A DNA stretch of 63,116 nt, counting the filler, from Bipalium vagum (Eukaryota): the NCBI GenBank assembly GCA_037834085.1. It is 3 parts of 3 records of this genome, joined end to end, with 100 filler letters (N's around TTAATTAATTAA, not from the genome) between each part and the next. Parts side by side here need not be neighbours in the genome. Positions count along the whole stretch, not along the records: positions 22,910 to 44,100 come from JBBMKC010240634.1; 2 more parts are not named here. The stretch is one strand, 5' to 3'. The translations under genes were made by a program, and so were the position numbers. Shown here piece by piece: positions 24,100 through 37,859 of this stretch. How positions within the stretch are numbered: position 1 is the stretch's first letter; every line of letters starts with the position of its first letter. Below the pieces are notes generated by a model. It saw only the letters and a list, made by a program, of their open reading frames with translations, did no database searches and was not told the DNA's origin.

Positions 24100-25437
24100 A
24101 GTACTAATGTTGAGTGGCTGCGAAGATCGTGTGATATGACTATTTTTCATCGCAATCTAAAATTTCTTCTCTACAGCGTAGATACTTTGAAGAATATGAT
24201 TAGAAAAATTATTTTTTTAAGACTAAATTTTATGTCTTGTTAAAATATGTTGACAACTTTTTTATTAATGAAATTATATTTAAACCTAAAACCAAAGAAC
24301 TAACGCTTCGAAACATTTTTCAATCTTTCAGCATCGTTTTTCGATACGGTATCGGAAAGAACAGCTTTCAAAACATTTTCTACGTCCTTTGATTCTACTG
24401 AAGTTATAGATAATTTTTATGATTGAAAAGAAAAGATCCCACTTAAATCATTTAGTTTTTTTTCCTTTAAAAATATGTCCTGAAATCGACTTCCTTCCCG
24501 TTTAGGTGAAAAACAATTTTCAATCAACAGCTTATCCGCGGAAAAATTAAGAACTAAATTATCATTCATTATTTTGTTTGTATCATCAATTATTTCATGT
24601 GCATTCACATCTACACTTTCAGACGGTTTCGACGAATTCACTTTGAAACCTAGCATTTCATATTCATTATCTCCAATCCCTCGCAACTCAATTATCTCTG
24701 CACAATTATCTGGTCCTTTCAAGAACCATTCCGGTTCCGTGTTTCGATTATTTAATCGAGAATTTAAACTCATTGATGACAACACTTTTTGTTCTTTATT
24801 CTCTTCACGTTTTTCGTCGAGATTAGAATATGCTAAATTAGCCTTTTCTGGTTTATTAATGCCATTGGTATGAACTTTTTCAGTGTTCTTTATTTTGGTC
24901 ACATTACGAGTTTGATTACGATTAAAACGCATTTTATCGTAATCACCTCGACAAGAATTAGATCCCACAGTTTGATATGACTTTCTACTAATACTTATAT
25001 TGTCCTCCGTAATTCGCTTGTTGTTTGTAACTTGACAACCATAATTCCATCGTCTTCGTTCCGGTCTTAAGCTAATATCATCTTTAATTTTACCTGTAAA
25101 ATAATAATTAAAACATGTGATAATTTAACTAATATTATAAAGCCGTACGAACTTTTATTTTCTGAAAACACTGTCGGTTTCACTTCTAAAGAATTTTTAG
25201 AAAGTTCAAAAGACTTAACAGGATCCCATTGATTATCAATGTTAATACACTTTTTATCTAAACTTTTAGGCCATATTACAGAAACCTCAGATTTTCGTAA
25301 TGATACTAATATTTCCTAAATGATAAAAATGCAATTTAACAAATCATTTAATCATTTTTAATTCTTAAAAGCTTAAAACGAACTCTGGGATATATTTTTC
25401 TAGATATTTTAGGAATATTGGTGTCATTATTATCCAT
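24100..25437 (-). CDS. EIF4ENIF1: eIF4E transporter (4E-T / EIF4ENIF1 / Cup-like), multi-exon; 3' end uncertain
   Basis: Exon 1 25384-25437 (MDNNDTNIPKISRKIYPR), exon 2 25153-25315 (EILVSLRKSEVSVIWPKSLD...QWDP), exon 3 from 25093 (DDISLRPERRWNYGCQVT...EPEWFLKGPDNCAEIIELRG...GSRFQDIF). These give the YxxxxLphi eIF4E motif, WDP, the LSPQRR..GC-like motif, the Cup-homology domain EPEWF..GP....IEL.G and the GSRF motif. Splice phases of exons 1-3 are consistent. Confidence 0.85.
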
Positions 25438-26454
25438 CTAAAAATCTATCAACCTAAATTACAAGTAGAATAAAATCAGTATGGTCGCATATTTCGTTTA
25501 TTTATAAATTTCTAAATCAATAAAAAATTGTCAGTAAAAGCTACTGACACAATTTTGAAAGTAAATATATGAACAAATAGCAATATAATTGTTACATTAA
25601 TTAAACAATTTTCGGTTTGTTGAATTTATTAAATCACTTTTAAAATTTTAATTAAAATTAGTTTTTCCTGTTGCATAAAATAGTTCTCTTTAAATATTTC
25701 TTTTTAAATTTTATTTGAAAATCTAAAACTTATGGATTGCTTTTTTAAGCGTACTTAAATATTAAATTAAAGTTTAAGAATGTGAAGTATAAATAATGGA
25801 ACAGTAACTTTATAGATACGATTAAGTTTATAAATTAATTTTTTATTATATATGGTTTATTTATATCACAAAGTATTACAGTTTAATTATCAATTACTAT
25901 TTATTTAACGTTAAAATTAAATTAATGAATTCAAAAAAGAATCTAGATATCCATATTACTTTCCAACTTTTTCAATTCCCTAAATTTAATGTTCTTTTTT
26001 GCAAAATTATAGTGACGTTTGGATTACCATCATCAATATTAATTTATTGATCAAATAACTTTATATAAAAAATAAATTTTATTGGGCAAATCTTGGAGTG
26101 AAATGGCACAATTTTAACTGTCACGGCAGACCAGTAAAATAGAATTAAATGTTAATCCACGATAATTTAATTCTTAAACTTTCTTAGTTATAGTGTCCTG
26201 GTGAATTGCTAATTTCTTAGTCAAAAACTCAAATGGTTCTGTTAATATTGCCACTAATAAAACGTGCAATTTCTAAATCTTTTCTTTCTTTATTAGAAAA
26301 TATTTTAGCTTCATTTACATGCAAGAAGAACTCATGTCTACTATTGACATCCATCATTTCATTACTAGGCTATGACTATTTTTGATAATCAAAATTCTTT
26401 TCAATACATTTTCTTAGTTTTATTTTTTACCTGTTTGGAAATATTTTATATATA

Positions 26455-27026
26455 TTTGGTTGTCTAATAAATTCGTGCCGTTTTTTTTCGAAGTCGTTTT
26501 GAATGACATTAGACATCTATTATTAATTTAATTTAATATTTAAATAGACAGATCACGTGTTTGTTATTTATTAATAGTGCTTTTAGCTCATTAGTTTTTA
26601 ATTTAGTTTTACATGAAATTCAAAATGGATATCCAATTCAATAAAAATGAACATCTCCGACACGCTCTTCTATACCAGTTTAATTGCCATGTTAATGCAA
26701 CCCAAGCTTCCCGAAACATAAATGCCGTGTACGGAGAAGGTACAATGTGTCTTCGGGCAGTTCGAAAATGGTTTTCTAAATTTAAGAAAGGTGATTTTAG
26801 CCTTAACAATGCTACTCGTTCCGGACGTCCATCCCATTTCAGTGAAGAGTGTCTCAGCTCTCTTCAAAAAGCTGACAATCGCCAAACAACACGTGAATTA
26901 TCTGAACAACTTAGTTGTAATCCACAGACAGTCCTGAACCATCTCCTTAAAATGAGGAAAGTTCAAAAATGTTATAAATAAAAATTTTGCATTTTAAAAA
27001 CGGCACGAATTTATTAGACAACCTAA
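26455..27026 (+). mobile_element. Internally deleted mariner with near-perfect ~31-bp TIRs and TA target duplication
   Basis: Left TA|tttggttgtctaataaattcgtgccgttttt, right aaaaacggcacgaatttattagacaacctaa|TA (1 mismatch). ORF 26613-26981 encodes only the HTH DNA-binding part (HLRHALLYQF...VRKWFSKFKKGDFSL...RSGRP). Confidence 0.93.
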
Positions 27027-27355
27027 TAGTACCATCAAATTTTGTTCATCTCTGGAAAATGTACAAATAACTTAGTAATTGATGTTATTTAATTTTTTAT
27101 TAATTTTATCTTAAAATTTATTAATGACTGCATTATTTAAATAATATTGATGTATGGTAATTATTTGAAATTTTACAATTTTTATGTCAGTTACAAAATG
27201 GTAAGACTTATATCGGATTTTAGTCGAACTGTTATACTTAATAAATGTAATAATTGTAATAATTAGGTTTATATATTAAAAATTATTTCTGGAAATAATG
27301 AATGTATATGTTTACCATAAAATATATTGACCCAAATTTTTAATGTAATAAGTAG

Positions 27356-27462
27356 TTATATCTCCAGGATGTCCCGCACATCAAAAATTTTTTTTTCAAT
27401 CACGGTTCGTGTGCACACCCGAACTCAAAAAATATTTTTGGCGGGATATGCTGGAGATATAA
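27356..27462. repeat. Imperfect ~107-bp palindrome/hairpin
   Basis: Outer arms ttatatctccaggatgtcccgc / gcgggatatgctggagatataa; inner gttcg-tgtgcaca-cc-cgaac around the perfect palindrome gtgtgcacac. Confidence 0.8.
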
Positions 27463-27499
27463 AATAAAATTTAAAAATTTATAATAATAATAATAATAT

Positions 27500-27532
<33 letters not shown>

Positions 27533-27695
27533 TAATAATAACAAGAATACAGCACATATACTCATTCGTTCGGAAAACACGTGTTTATAAACAGGATATC
27601 CTTTGTGTCGTATAAATAAGTAAAAAAATATGAAGCTTTGCGCACCGAAAGTTAATATTAAATCATAAATATTTTTAAAATAATAAACGCATCAA

Positions 27696-28500
27696 TGGAC
27701 ATTATGCGCGAAGCACTACACCCTGGAATTTTCAGGAAAGGTGACTACATCGAAAAATTTATTAAGAGGTGCACCAAATATTTTGAGTGCGTGGATATAA
27801 AGAAAAAAATTAAAAGGTCTGTTAGTGGTAGGCTTTATTGATTGAGAGCTAAGGGAAGCCTATTAATGCCAAAATAAATCGCTAGATAAAAAGATCGTCT
27901 ACGAAAGGCATTTCTGAGAAAAACAACTTTAATGCAGGACTTGGAAGAAACAATAAAGTACAAAAGGACAGATGAGAATATCTATTTGTACAAGTAGAAG
28001 ATCGAAGGATTAGTCAATAAAATTTTGATGCATACGCTGGACAAAGAACAATTAACAAAGGAAACCATTGTTAATAGCTGTCGAGATTTAAGAATTCAGA
28101 CGAAAATTAAAGGGGGCAAATTAGGCAATTCAGATAATATATTCGAGGCAATTAAAGCAAATTATAAATTAAAGAATGATCTGAGCGAGAAGGACAATAT
28201 CAACGTAGTTCAGAGATACAGTGATGTTTTAAAAAGGCCAGCAATTAAAAACAGGGCCAGTGAACGATCAAGACCTCAAAATTTTATTCCACAGAGAGTC
28301 AGAAATGAGATGACATGCTGATCTTGTCAAAAAGTAGGTCACACAAGTCTAAGATGCTCGGAAAAAAAAGAAATCGTGTTACGCGTGTGGACTGATCAGC
28401 ATCTGATCAATATGACAGGATAAGATGTTCGAGATGTGATAGGAATGGACATCGTACAGAGGAATGTTACACAAATTTGAGACAATAAGGTTACAGGCAA
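27696..28500 (+). pseudogene. LTR-retrotransposon gag remnant with CCHC zinc knuckles
   Basis: MDIMREALHPGIFRKGDYIEKFIKRCTKYFE...; TC*SCQKVGHTSLRC; CYACG; RCSRCDRNGHRTEEC. Stops and frameshifts throughout, and no pol follows. Confidence 0.8.
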
Positions 28501-28569
28501 GGAAATGAAAATTATTATTTTATAATTTATTTATTAATTATTAATTATATATTTTATTAATGTATTTTC

Positions 28570-29040
28570 TTTATCAATTTCAATTCTTCAGGTAAATATT
28601 CTCCTTACATATTATAAATTACTTTCTTATAAAATTGTAAAAATCCAAAGATTTTTTAAAATTAGAATATAATTTTTTCTAGTTTTAAATTCTTTATTAT
28701 CTTTATCTGGATCTTCCTTAATTTTATCTGGTATCAAACCAAATATTTATTCATCATTATTTAACAAAATTAGTTATTGAATTTGATGGACCTAAATTTT
28801 TAATTGTTTCTATTTCAGTTGAACCTAATTTCAAAGTTATTGTAGAAAATAAACATGGAAAGAAGTTATTTTGTTAGGTTATATTTTCATCAGCTTTTAT
28901 ATCTTGAATTTGAATTTCAAAAACTAAAATCTAAAACATTTGCTGATTGTAACACACAGAATGTTAGATTTCCATAATTTTTTAAATTTGTTGCAGTTGT
29001 AGGATTTAAAGACATTTCTAAATAGTCATTTTTTATCGTT
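28570..29040 (-). pseudogene. Polinton/adintovirus-like major capsid protein (hexon) N-terminal remnant
   Basis: NNFFPCLFSTITLKLGSTEIETIKNLGPSNS..., resembling the Polinton MCP motif NN...LFSxIxLxLxxxEIE...PG, directly downstream of a penton remnant. Confidence 0.6.
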
Positions 29041-29099
29041 TAAATCTTGATTATAGTAATTTTTAAATTTTAACTGATTCATAATAGCGTTCTGTGTAA

Positions 29100-29460
29100 G
29101 ATTTGTTTTCAAATCCTAATATTTCACAGATTGAATTTTCTGGAAAAGAAATAGTACAATCTTTAAATATTTTTGTTACACAATTTGAAGAAATTGAAAT
29201 ATCATTAATTGTTATATAATACTATTCTGGTTTTAAGGGTTCTAATTCTTTTATACTTTTAAGTCCATTCTCAATATATGCAAATATATCAGAAATTTCA
29301 TATGTTCCTGGAGTTATCTTTATCTTTAGAGATTCTTTCTTTTCTTTTGAATCTGTAAAAGTTAAATCTATTCTATTATTTTTTTCACTAACATTAAAAA
29401 TAGAAATATAAGTTGAAAACTTTTTAATATGTAAAAATGAAGTATTTTAATCAGAATAAT
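29100..29460 (-). pseudogene. Second penton-like remnant
   Basis: FSTYISIFNVSEKNNRIDLTF...KIKITPGTYEISDIFAYIENGL, paralogous to 21690-22350. Confidence 0.7.
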
Positions 29461-29948
29461 AATAATAATAATTTTCTTTAATAATTAAAAATGGTATTTC
29501 ATTTATTATTAACATGTTACCTATAATTGATGGAGTAATGGTCAGTGTTAAAAAAGAATAATAAAAAACCAAAGTTAAAGATGGTGAAAAAAAACTAAGA
29601 GACTCCAAAATATAACAAGAAAAACATTTTACTACCAGTAACTTTAAAAAATTAATTACCAAATACCAGCAAACTCGCAACAGTTGACCCACAAAAAATT
29701 AACTATAAATATATCAGACAAAAAAATAAGAAAAGAAAAAGGAAACGAAAAATTATTTATTGCTGTGAAGTATTTTTATTTGTGTTAAGCACTTTTAAAT
29801 AACTTTTAAAACAAAATTTTAACAATTACACAATAAGATTTATATTATATTAGCTGATAATAAATAATAAACATGTTGGTAATCAAAACATTTATATAAA
29901 ATTTTATTTATTTAAATTGGTTATTTTAGTTGTTTTAATCTTAAATGA

Positions 29949-29950
<2 letters not shown>

Positions 29951-30029
<79 letters not shown>
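29951..30029. repeat. (ATT)n microsatellite
   Basis: About 26 perfect ATT units. Others occur at ~27480-27540, ~30873-30906, 44024-44100, 44201-44269 and 63025-63105. Confidence 0.95.
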
Positions 30030-30868
30030 CTCAGACCCTTTAGCGGTCTTATAATTTGAAAGATTGAAAGGATGTGCCATTGGCCAACCAAACATAATTG
30101 TTTCTCAGAGGGATCACACCGCTCTATTCAGTATTACAATTTGGAAAATTAAGATTTCTGAAAGTACATAACTTTTATCATTTCAAATAAAATTACAATT
30201 TTTATATAAATGATACAAATATTGGTTTTGATAAATTAAAATTTTATAATTTTTTAAGATATTTATAGTTTTACCATGTATATATAATGAAGTTTTAATT
30301 TATTTTTTAATAAGATAATTTTCTTTTTAATTTACTCTTCTCATAAATTCCTTCAACATCAAATTTAATTAGATAAACAGAATGAAATAATTCTTTTATT
30401 TTCATTTAGTATTTCATTGATAACATTTTTTTCATTGAAAAAACTCTTCAAACAAAATTTATAAAAAAATTAATCTACCTTGCCTATCTTAATTATATTT
30501 TGATTTTCTTTTTACAAATCTTCTTTGATATCAGTTTGCCGATAAAGATGTCTTTCCGAATATCTTTTTTTTTACTAATATTTACTAAAAAAGTTTCTTA
30601 TGATAAAGTAATAAGAATATAATTATCTATTAAAATATAAAAATTTTGTGTTCCTTAATTCTAATTTCATCTTCCATATTCTATATTTTTTTATTTTTAG
30701 AATGTTATCTTCATTTATTTAATTAAAAATTAATTAGTTTGATATTCAATTTCTTGAGACATCAAAATTAAAAAATTTTTTTTTAAAAAAAAATAATAAT
30801 TTAGCCATTTTCAAATGAAAAAAGAATTAACAAAAAATTCATAACAGAATTTTTTATTTATCTCATTT

Positions 30869-30906
<38 letters not shown>

Positions 30907-32225
30907 TATTTGATTTTTAAAATTTTATTTTAATAATAAACATATGATAAATCTTATATATTTAAAATAAATAATTTTCCAACTGGAAAATAAATATATT
31001 TCTTAAAAAAACAGTAAAAGTGATAATCCATCCGTTGAACTTTATATTCATAAATACTCTAAAAATGATAATATTTTCTTTCCAATAGCACATTAATTAA
31101 ATTTTTATTTTACAAATATTAAAAAACATTGAAAATTTTACGTTACAATTCGTAAATATAATTATGCCTATTTTTTTAAATAACGTAACTGATGCAGATT
31201 CAGTTACATTTCCACTTCGTCAGATTAGTAATTAGCATTAGTTGAATATTTTCATAAATTAATAAAAATAATTGAAATAATATCCATGGAAAATATTTTG
31301 TTTCTACAAAAATGATTAATTCCTTTGAGAACTAATTTTCCATACAATAATTTATTTTCTTGAACTGTTCAGAGAAAGTCTTGAAATAATTCAAAAAAGA
31401 AATATATCAATTTTGAAAATGATTATCCATTTAATAAACACCGGTTAATTTTTTTTGTGAAAATTTAATAATTACAAATATAAAATTCTGTGAAAATGGA
31501 ATTATAATTTTTTATCTTTTTTATTGTCAATCAAAATGCAAATCTTCAGTAACATACTGAATATAGTGACAGTTGTTTGACAAGTGTCAATATAACTTAT
31601 CTATATGAAGAATAATGGAATTAATTAGATATTATCAAGACAAAAAATTATTGATTTAAAAAATAATTAAACTATTTCAATTTGGCATTTTCCTATTTGG
31701 TATTATTTTCCTTAAAACTTCTATCACTAATTATTTTTTTCAATTATTTTTTTTATCTTATTTTGTAAGAAATTATAAATTATATAAATAATCTCTGAAT
31801 ATTCTTCATTTTTATAACTTGAAAGTACACGTTGTGCCATTATTTGTAGTCAGATTTTGAAGATTTGTTTTTTATTTTTTACTTTATTGGGGTTTTACTT
31901 CGATTTTGTTTTACTGGACACCTTAGGTGAAGATTTTTAATATATTTTAAATAATCTTCATTCATGTTTATTGTTACAATAATACATTTTATAATACTTT
32001 GATACATACCGAATGGATTTTTCAATAGTTACTTTTTTTAAATAAATCTGCTGCGAATGATTTTGCCTAATCTTGCTTTTATTTATCATAATTTTCATTC
32101 TGAATACTGGAGACTTGTAATATAAATATTTAATTAACTTATAAATCTTCATTTACAATCTAAGAATACTAAAAATATTTTTGTTTTCATATATATTTTG
32201 CTTCAATGATTATAATTATTGATAA

Positions 32226-32308
32226 TAATATAATAATATAATAATATAATAATATAATAATATAATAATATAATAATATAATAATATAATAATATAATAA
32301 TAATATAT
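32226..32308. repeat. (AATATAAT)n low-complexity tandem repeat
   Basis: Direct reading of repeated aatataat units. Confidence 0.85.
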
Positions 32309-32469
32309 AACAAACAGTTATTTATTAATATTTTTTATTCTTTCGTCTTACCTTGCAACGAATTTGTCTCATTTTTTGATAAATTATGAATAGAAAATTA
32401 TAAATACATAATAAATAAATTATTATCATTATTTCACAAATACATTTATTTTTCTCGTTTTTAAGTGAA

Positions 32470-32880
32470 CATCATTATAAAATTTATAGAAATTAAATTT
32501 GGTTTTATTTTAATGTAAGATTAATTCTCTTCAAAGGTTCTAAAGTTTTATATTTAAATTCTTTTAATATTTAATCTATTTAATATAATCCCGAAGATAA
32601 ATAGACATTTTAATTTTGGATTATTTTTTTTTCTGTAACTTAAATATATAATTATTTTATTTACAATATATTATTATAATCATTAAACATATAATATTAT
32701 TATTATTAAATAAATAAATTATTAAATATAGTATTATTAAATATAGAATTAAATTATGAAAAATAAATTAAACTTAATTTATAATTAAAGTTTGGATTCA
32801 ATTTTAATCATTTTGCGTAATTTTGAAAGTAATATCTGATCTTTTATTTTTATGGTAAATAATGTTGAAAATATTTGTGA
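32470..32880 (-). pseudogene. Third, very decayed penton-like remnant
   Basis: STLFTIK..SDITFKI...LNPNFNYKLSLIYFS*FNSIFN aligns by eye with the 22250-22350 segment; also TPG-like LSSGLL and KTLEP segments. Confidence 0.5.
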
Positions 32881-35559
32881 TAAGATATTTACTAATTTCT
32901 GTAATGAATTTTCCACATTTAATAGATTAAAATAACAAATTAATCTTTACAGTTATTGTTTTAGTGATTTTTTTAGTTAAATTTTTAGAAATATTTACTA
33001 AAATTTTAATGATTTTTTATGTTAATTAAATCTGTAAGTAACGTAATAATGTAAAATAAAATTATCTTAACAGGGATTCAACTTTTAAAAGTTGCATTTT
33101 CATTATTACTTATATTTTCATTTGAAAAACACACAAAATCATTTTTTTTAGAAAATATCATACAAATAACCACAACATAAAATAATTCAAGACAATCATC
33201 AATTGAATATCTGAAAAATGTTTGAGAATTTTTAGAAAGATTAACGTTTTTTCACCAGGCACAAGGAAGTAATAATTTATATTTCGTGAAGAATACACCT
33301 CATTTATCAAAAGATCTTAAGAAACAGAAACAGTCTTGAATGTTTTTGGTTGAGATATTACCAGCACAAAAGTGCAAAATAGTGCTTTAATTTAAGTTCA
33401 GAAAACCATTACAGTGTTGGACTAACAACTGAATTTAGAACCTTGTGATTCTTCAGATTTTTATTGGAGATCAGGATAATTCAGAATATTCCGACGACAG
33501 TGAACAATGGTCATAATTTTTAAAAGCGAATTATTGGATGTGTTTTGAAATAATTTATAAACCCCTAGTTGCATGGAGTCCAAATGAATCTACTTTAAAT
33601 AAATGTATTTAAATTTATGTTCACATTGGAGTATTTTTCCTCGTATCAGTGACCTTACCCATGGAATAAGCTATTGGATATATTTACTGATTAAAATTTA
33701 TTAATATATTAAATTAATAGTAAACAATCAGAATTTTCGTATTGAAATATTTAATAAAGTCTAAGACTTTTTAAATAAGTTATTGTTTGGCATGAGCTTA
33801 AATTTGATCTTGGAAGAATAAGGCAGATCTCTTCGCGATTTCAGTTTTCTTGTCGCAGTTTTCAGGGAATCAGCTTTTGTTCATTGTTGGTCACAAACCT
33901 ACATTTCGACTGATCTCTTTTCATTTTTATAAAAAATTATCTATAAAAATTATTTTGTTTTTAAAAAAATTAACTTTTGACAGGAACCAATATTAAGTGA
34001 TTACATTATTCTATATTCATTCATATTAAAATTACAACTAAAAATAATAAACTATTCTTGTTAATAGAATGAAATGATAAGATAGCTCAGAAAGTACGAA
34101 TAGGTAAAATGACAATTATAATAATGTAGTAATACTTAAACGTTCCTTTCAATTGGAAAATTTTAATAAGGATTTTACTTCTGCACAAGTTGAGTCTCTG
34201 AATATTAAATAAATTAATATAAAAAGTGCACTTATTCATGGTAAAAGGAAAGAGAATAACATTTTTCAGAATAGTATTACTAAATAAAATGAAAAATAAT
34301 CTTTGTTCCATAATACTTGTTAGTTTTAATGAATATTATTGTTAAAATTTTGTGAAAGTGTCACAATAATTAATTGTTTTATTAAGACTTTCTTTAACCT
34401 TCAAAATAATAAATAAAATATTATTCACCTTATTCAAATAAATTTGAGTAAATGCAATTTCATCATAAAAAATAAAGAATATTTTTAAATTTAATTAATT
34501 TTAAATATTTAAGATAAATTAAATTTTACAGTTTACTTAAATAAAAACAAAATTTAGAGGAATTATAAACAAATAATAGAAAAACTTGACAATAAAATCT
34601 ATCCTTTATATTAATTCAAAGACTGTAAAAGATAGATTGTACAGATAACAATTAGATCTGGCAATGGCTATATATTAGCACTGTGATTATTTCAATGATA
34701 TATTATTAAAAAAAATAAAATTTCAAATGATTTATATAATTTAATGGTTTGCAATTAATTAAAAAAACAATATTTGTCTAGAATGCAATTATCTATTTTC
34801 AGTGACATATAATTGCTGCAGTGAAAATATCTTAAAAAATTGCTAATTTATTCTGTCTACTATATTAAAATAAATAATTATTGCTTTTTTCATGATTGTT
34901 TTTCCTTTTCACTTTAATTATTATAGAAATGACTGATAAATTAATATCATATTTCAAATAACTGGTATTTAAATATTTTTATTTTTTTTATCAATCTTAA
35001 ATTAGATTTAATATTAAAAGTTATGTTTCGTTAAAATGTCAAAACAAAATCAATATGCAATCAGAACCTTAAAAATCGCATTTTTGTTATTTATTTGATA
35101 ATTCAGAACGACCTGAATCTGTATAAAATAAGCTAGTGTAACTAACAAAGATTAGCAGAGAAATAACGCGAATTTATATCAAAATACAATGGCAATTCAT
35201 ACGTTCAAAATAAAAATGATATCAATTAACAAATTGTCAATTAGGTAATAATAATTTATGGATTATCAATCAAGCACAGAAAATAATAAGAATCAATTAA
35301 AACTCAAATTTTCTAAAGGATAAAGATAAAAAAATATATAAAATAAAGAAAAATGAAATACACATTACCACTTCGGCCCCTCTCAGTTACCAAGACTATT
35401 AGCTGAGCTGTCATGGTTCAGTCAAAAATAGCCCACTGATGGAGAATCTGAACACAATCTGGTTGTGTGATAGTAAAAATTATTGGGATTTGATATCTTC
35501 AATTATACTGGAATTCAATAAATATACGTTATAGTTTTAAAAAATTTCACTTTTAACTG

Positions 35560-36200
35560 AAACTAAGGGTATGAATTCTGGAAAATTGAACTGCTTGATT
35601 TTAAGAATATTCCTTTAATTGAAGCTTATACTCCTTAATTGTATTCTATGTATGTGTTCTAGTCTTTGGATCGAAATATTTTTCCGAAAGATTAATAAAT
35701 CAAAAAACCATATCCATTTCCTTTTCTTTTGGATAGCGGGCCATCCATCAGAAATAATTGTAATACCAGGGAGGCATACACTTTCAAGTATTGGTAATAA
35801 AGAATCTGGGTTGTTATCCACACATTATATATATCCAACTGGCAGGTTTATAACTGGTGTCCATTATTCCAAACACCCATTTTTCATGTTTCTGAACTCT
35901 ATCTCTGTGATATTTAGGTTTATATCAAAATAGAGATTTATCAACCTAACATGATATGTCATTTCCAACTAGCCTTATATGAGTTTCATTAAAAACTAGG
36001 TTTTCTAAACTTCCAATAGCTCATAAGTAAATTGCGAAAAAAATAGATCTCAAGTTCGATCGGATACTATACAAAAAACAACATTATTCATATTTCATGC
36101 ATAATTTCTTCCTTACTGTACAATAATCCTTTGGTTCTTAAAATATTTAAATAATATTTAAATCTGTTAAAGAAATAATTTTTTCTTGAGATCTCATAGC
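35560..36200 (-). mobile_element. Merlin (IS1016/IS1595-like) DNA transposase remnant
   Basis: VDKSLF*YKPKYHRDR...KWVFGIMDT and SLLPILESVCLPGITIISDGWPA are typical Merlin motifs. Confidence 0.8.
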
Positions 36201-37859
36201 AAAAAAACAAATAAATTCTTTCAATAATAATTTAAAAAAATATTTCAATTTAAATATGACAATTAAAATGACAATTTAAATAAATGTCAAGGAATTGTCA
36301 TATATTTAATATGAACCATAAAATTAATAATAATATTATAATATTATAATAATAATATAATCATTCTTTTATAGGTTCTCGGACTCTTTAAAAGTTTTTC
36401 TAATTTTTAATTTTTTTGATTTTTAAAATTATTAAGTTGTCTTAATTTTTTAAAATTTCGAAATTTTTTCATATTTTAAACAATACATTAAAAAAGAAAA
36501 ATCTGTAACAATGTAAAATTTTGTTTGAATAATTCAACACTACTACTTTTAAAATTTTAATCGATAAAATGATTTAATCAATGAAATATTTAATTATCAA
36601 AATTGCAAATTTTACCTTTAATTAACATCAAATGTTGAAGTAATAAATTTTTAAATTCTAATAACTGACAAAAAGTAATAAAATAAATAAAAGCGTTTAT
36701 TGTGAAATATATGATAAATATTTTCTAAAGAATTTCATTAATAAATCATTTAAAATAAAAAAAGAATTAAATATTAAATAATCAAAATAAAATATTTGAA
36801 AACTTAATTATAAAATTTGTGATTTAGAGTTTAAAACACTCATAGTGTTATTCTCTCATTTAAGATATAAAAATATTATAAAATATAATTTTAATTTATT
36901 TAATGAATAACCATATAATTCTGAAATTTATTTTAACAAAAGAAAAATAATAAGAAAAGGATTTATATAAAATAAAATAAAAAATGTAAAAATAAATATG
37001 ATTATGAAATATAAACCTTTTTAAAATCTAAAATTGAACTAAGAAATAGTAAAAAATATCATCAATTATTATGATGAAAAAGAAAAAATAAGCAATCTTC
37101 TTTTTGAAGAAATGAAAAATTCAAAAAATAAATGATAAATGAAATGATTTTATTTTTATTCAGAGTTAACAAAATAATAAATTAAAATATAGTAAAGTTT
37201 AACATTTCAAAGTTAAATAAATATATGGAAGAAAATGGAAACAAGGTTTATTTATTTTAATCATGAATATAAGTATTTATTTAAAAATATTATCAATCAA
37301 GTTAAATAAAAAAAAAAGACGAGATTTTACCTTTAATTTCAGTTTTAAGTGCAAATGTTTCAGTATACGGAGCTGCAGTCTCTTTAGCAGGAGAAATTGC
37401 AACAAAATATATTTCCAGATTTATATTTATTAAAACAATTAAGACAAGGATGATTAATTTTAAATTTTGTAGTAGAAAAGATATTAATATATTTACAAAA
37501 TATTTAAAAATTAATTATTATATAATAACAAACTAGATATTCTTTCTTTAATAGTTGGAAGAGGTACAAAATGTTCTAAATAAATTGGTTCTATTATTTT
37601 ATTTCACCTCTTATACTTTCTGATGATAATTCGAATGCATTCACATTAATATATTTTTTTAAAAAATGTTTTTAAAATCGTTTTTTTTTCAGATCCTGCT
37701 TGTTCTTTTTCTTAAATTTATTTAATTGTTTTAAAATTTTATAAAGTGTATTTTTTACATCTTTAATATTTATTTTTTCTGATTTTGAAAAGAAAATGTC
37801 AATTCTTTATTTTTTGCAGAATTATTTATTTCACAAGAAGATTATTTAAATATATGAAT

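Noticed and set aside
25960-26440. Coding-like minus-strand stretch interrupted by the mariner derivative
   Set aside because: Multiple stops and no family recognised.
27696-28500. Possibility that this gag belongs to the giant element
   Set aside because: It lies downstream, beyond a gap and a host gene, and has a different purine-rich composition. Nothing links the two.
29904-30095. ORF with a poly-isoleucine run
   Set aside because: Translation of an (ATT)n microsatellite.
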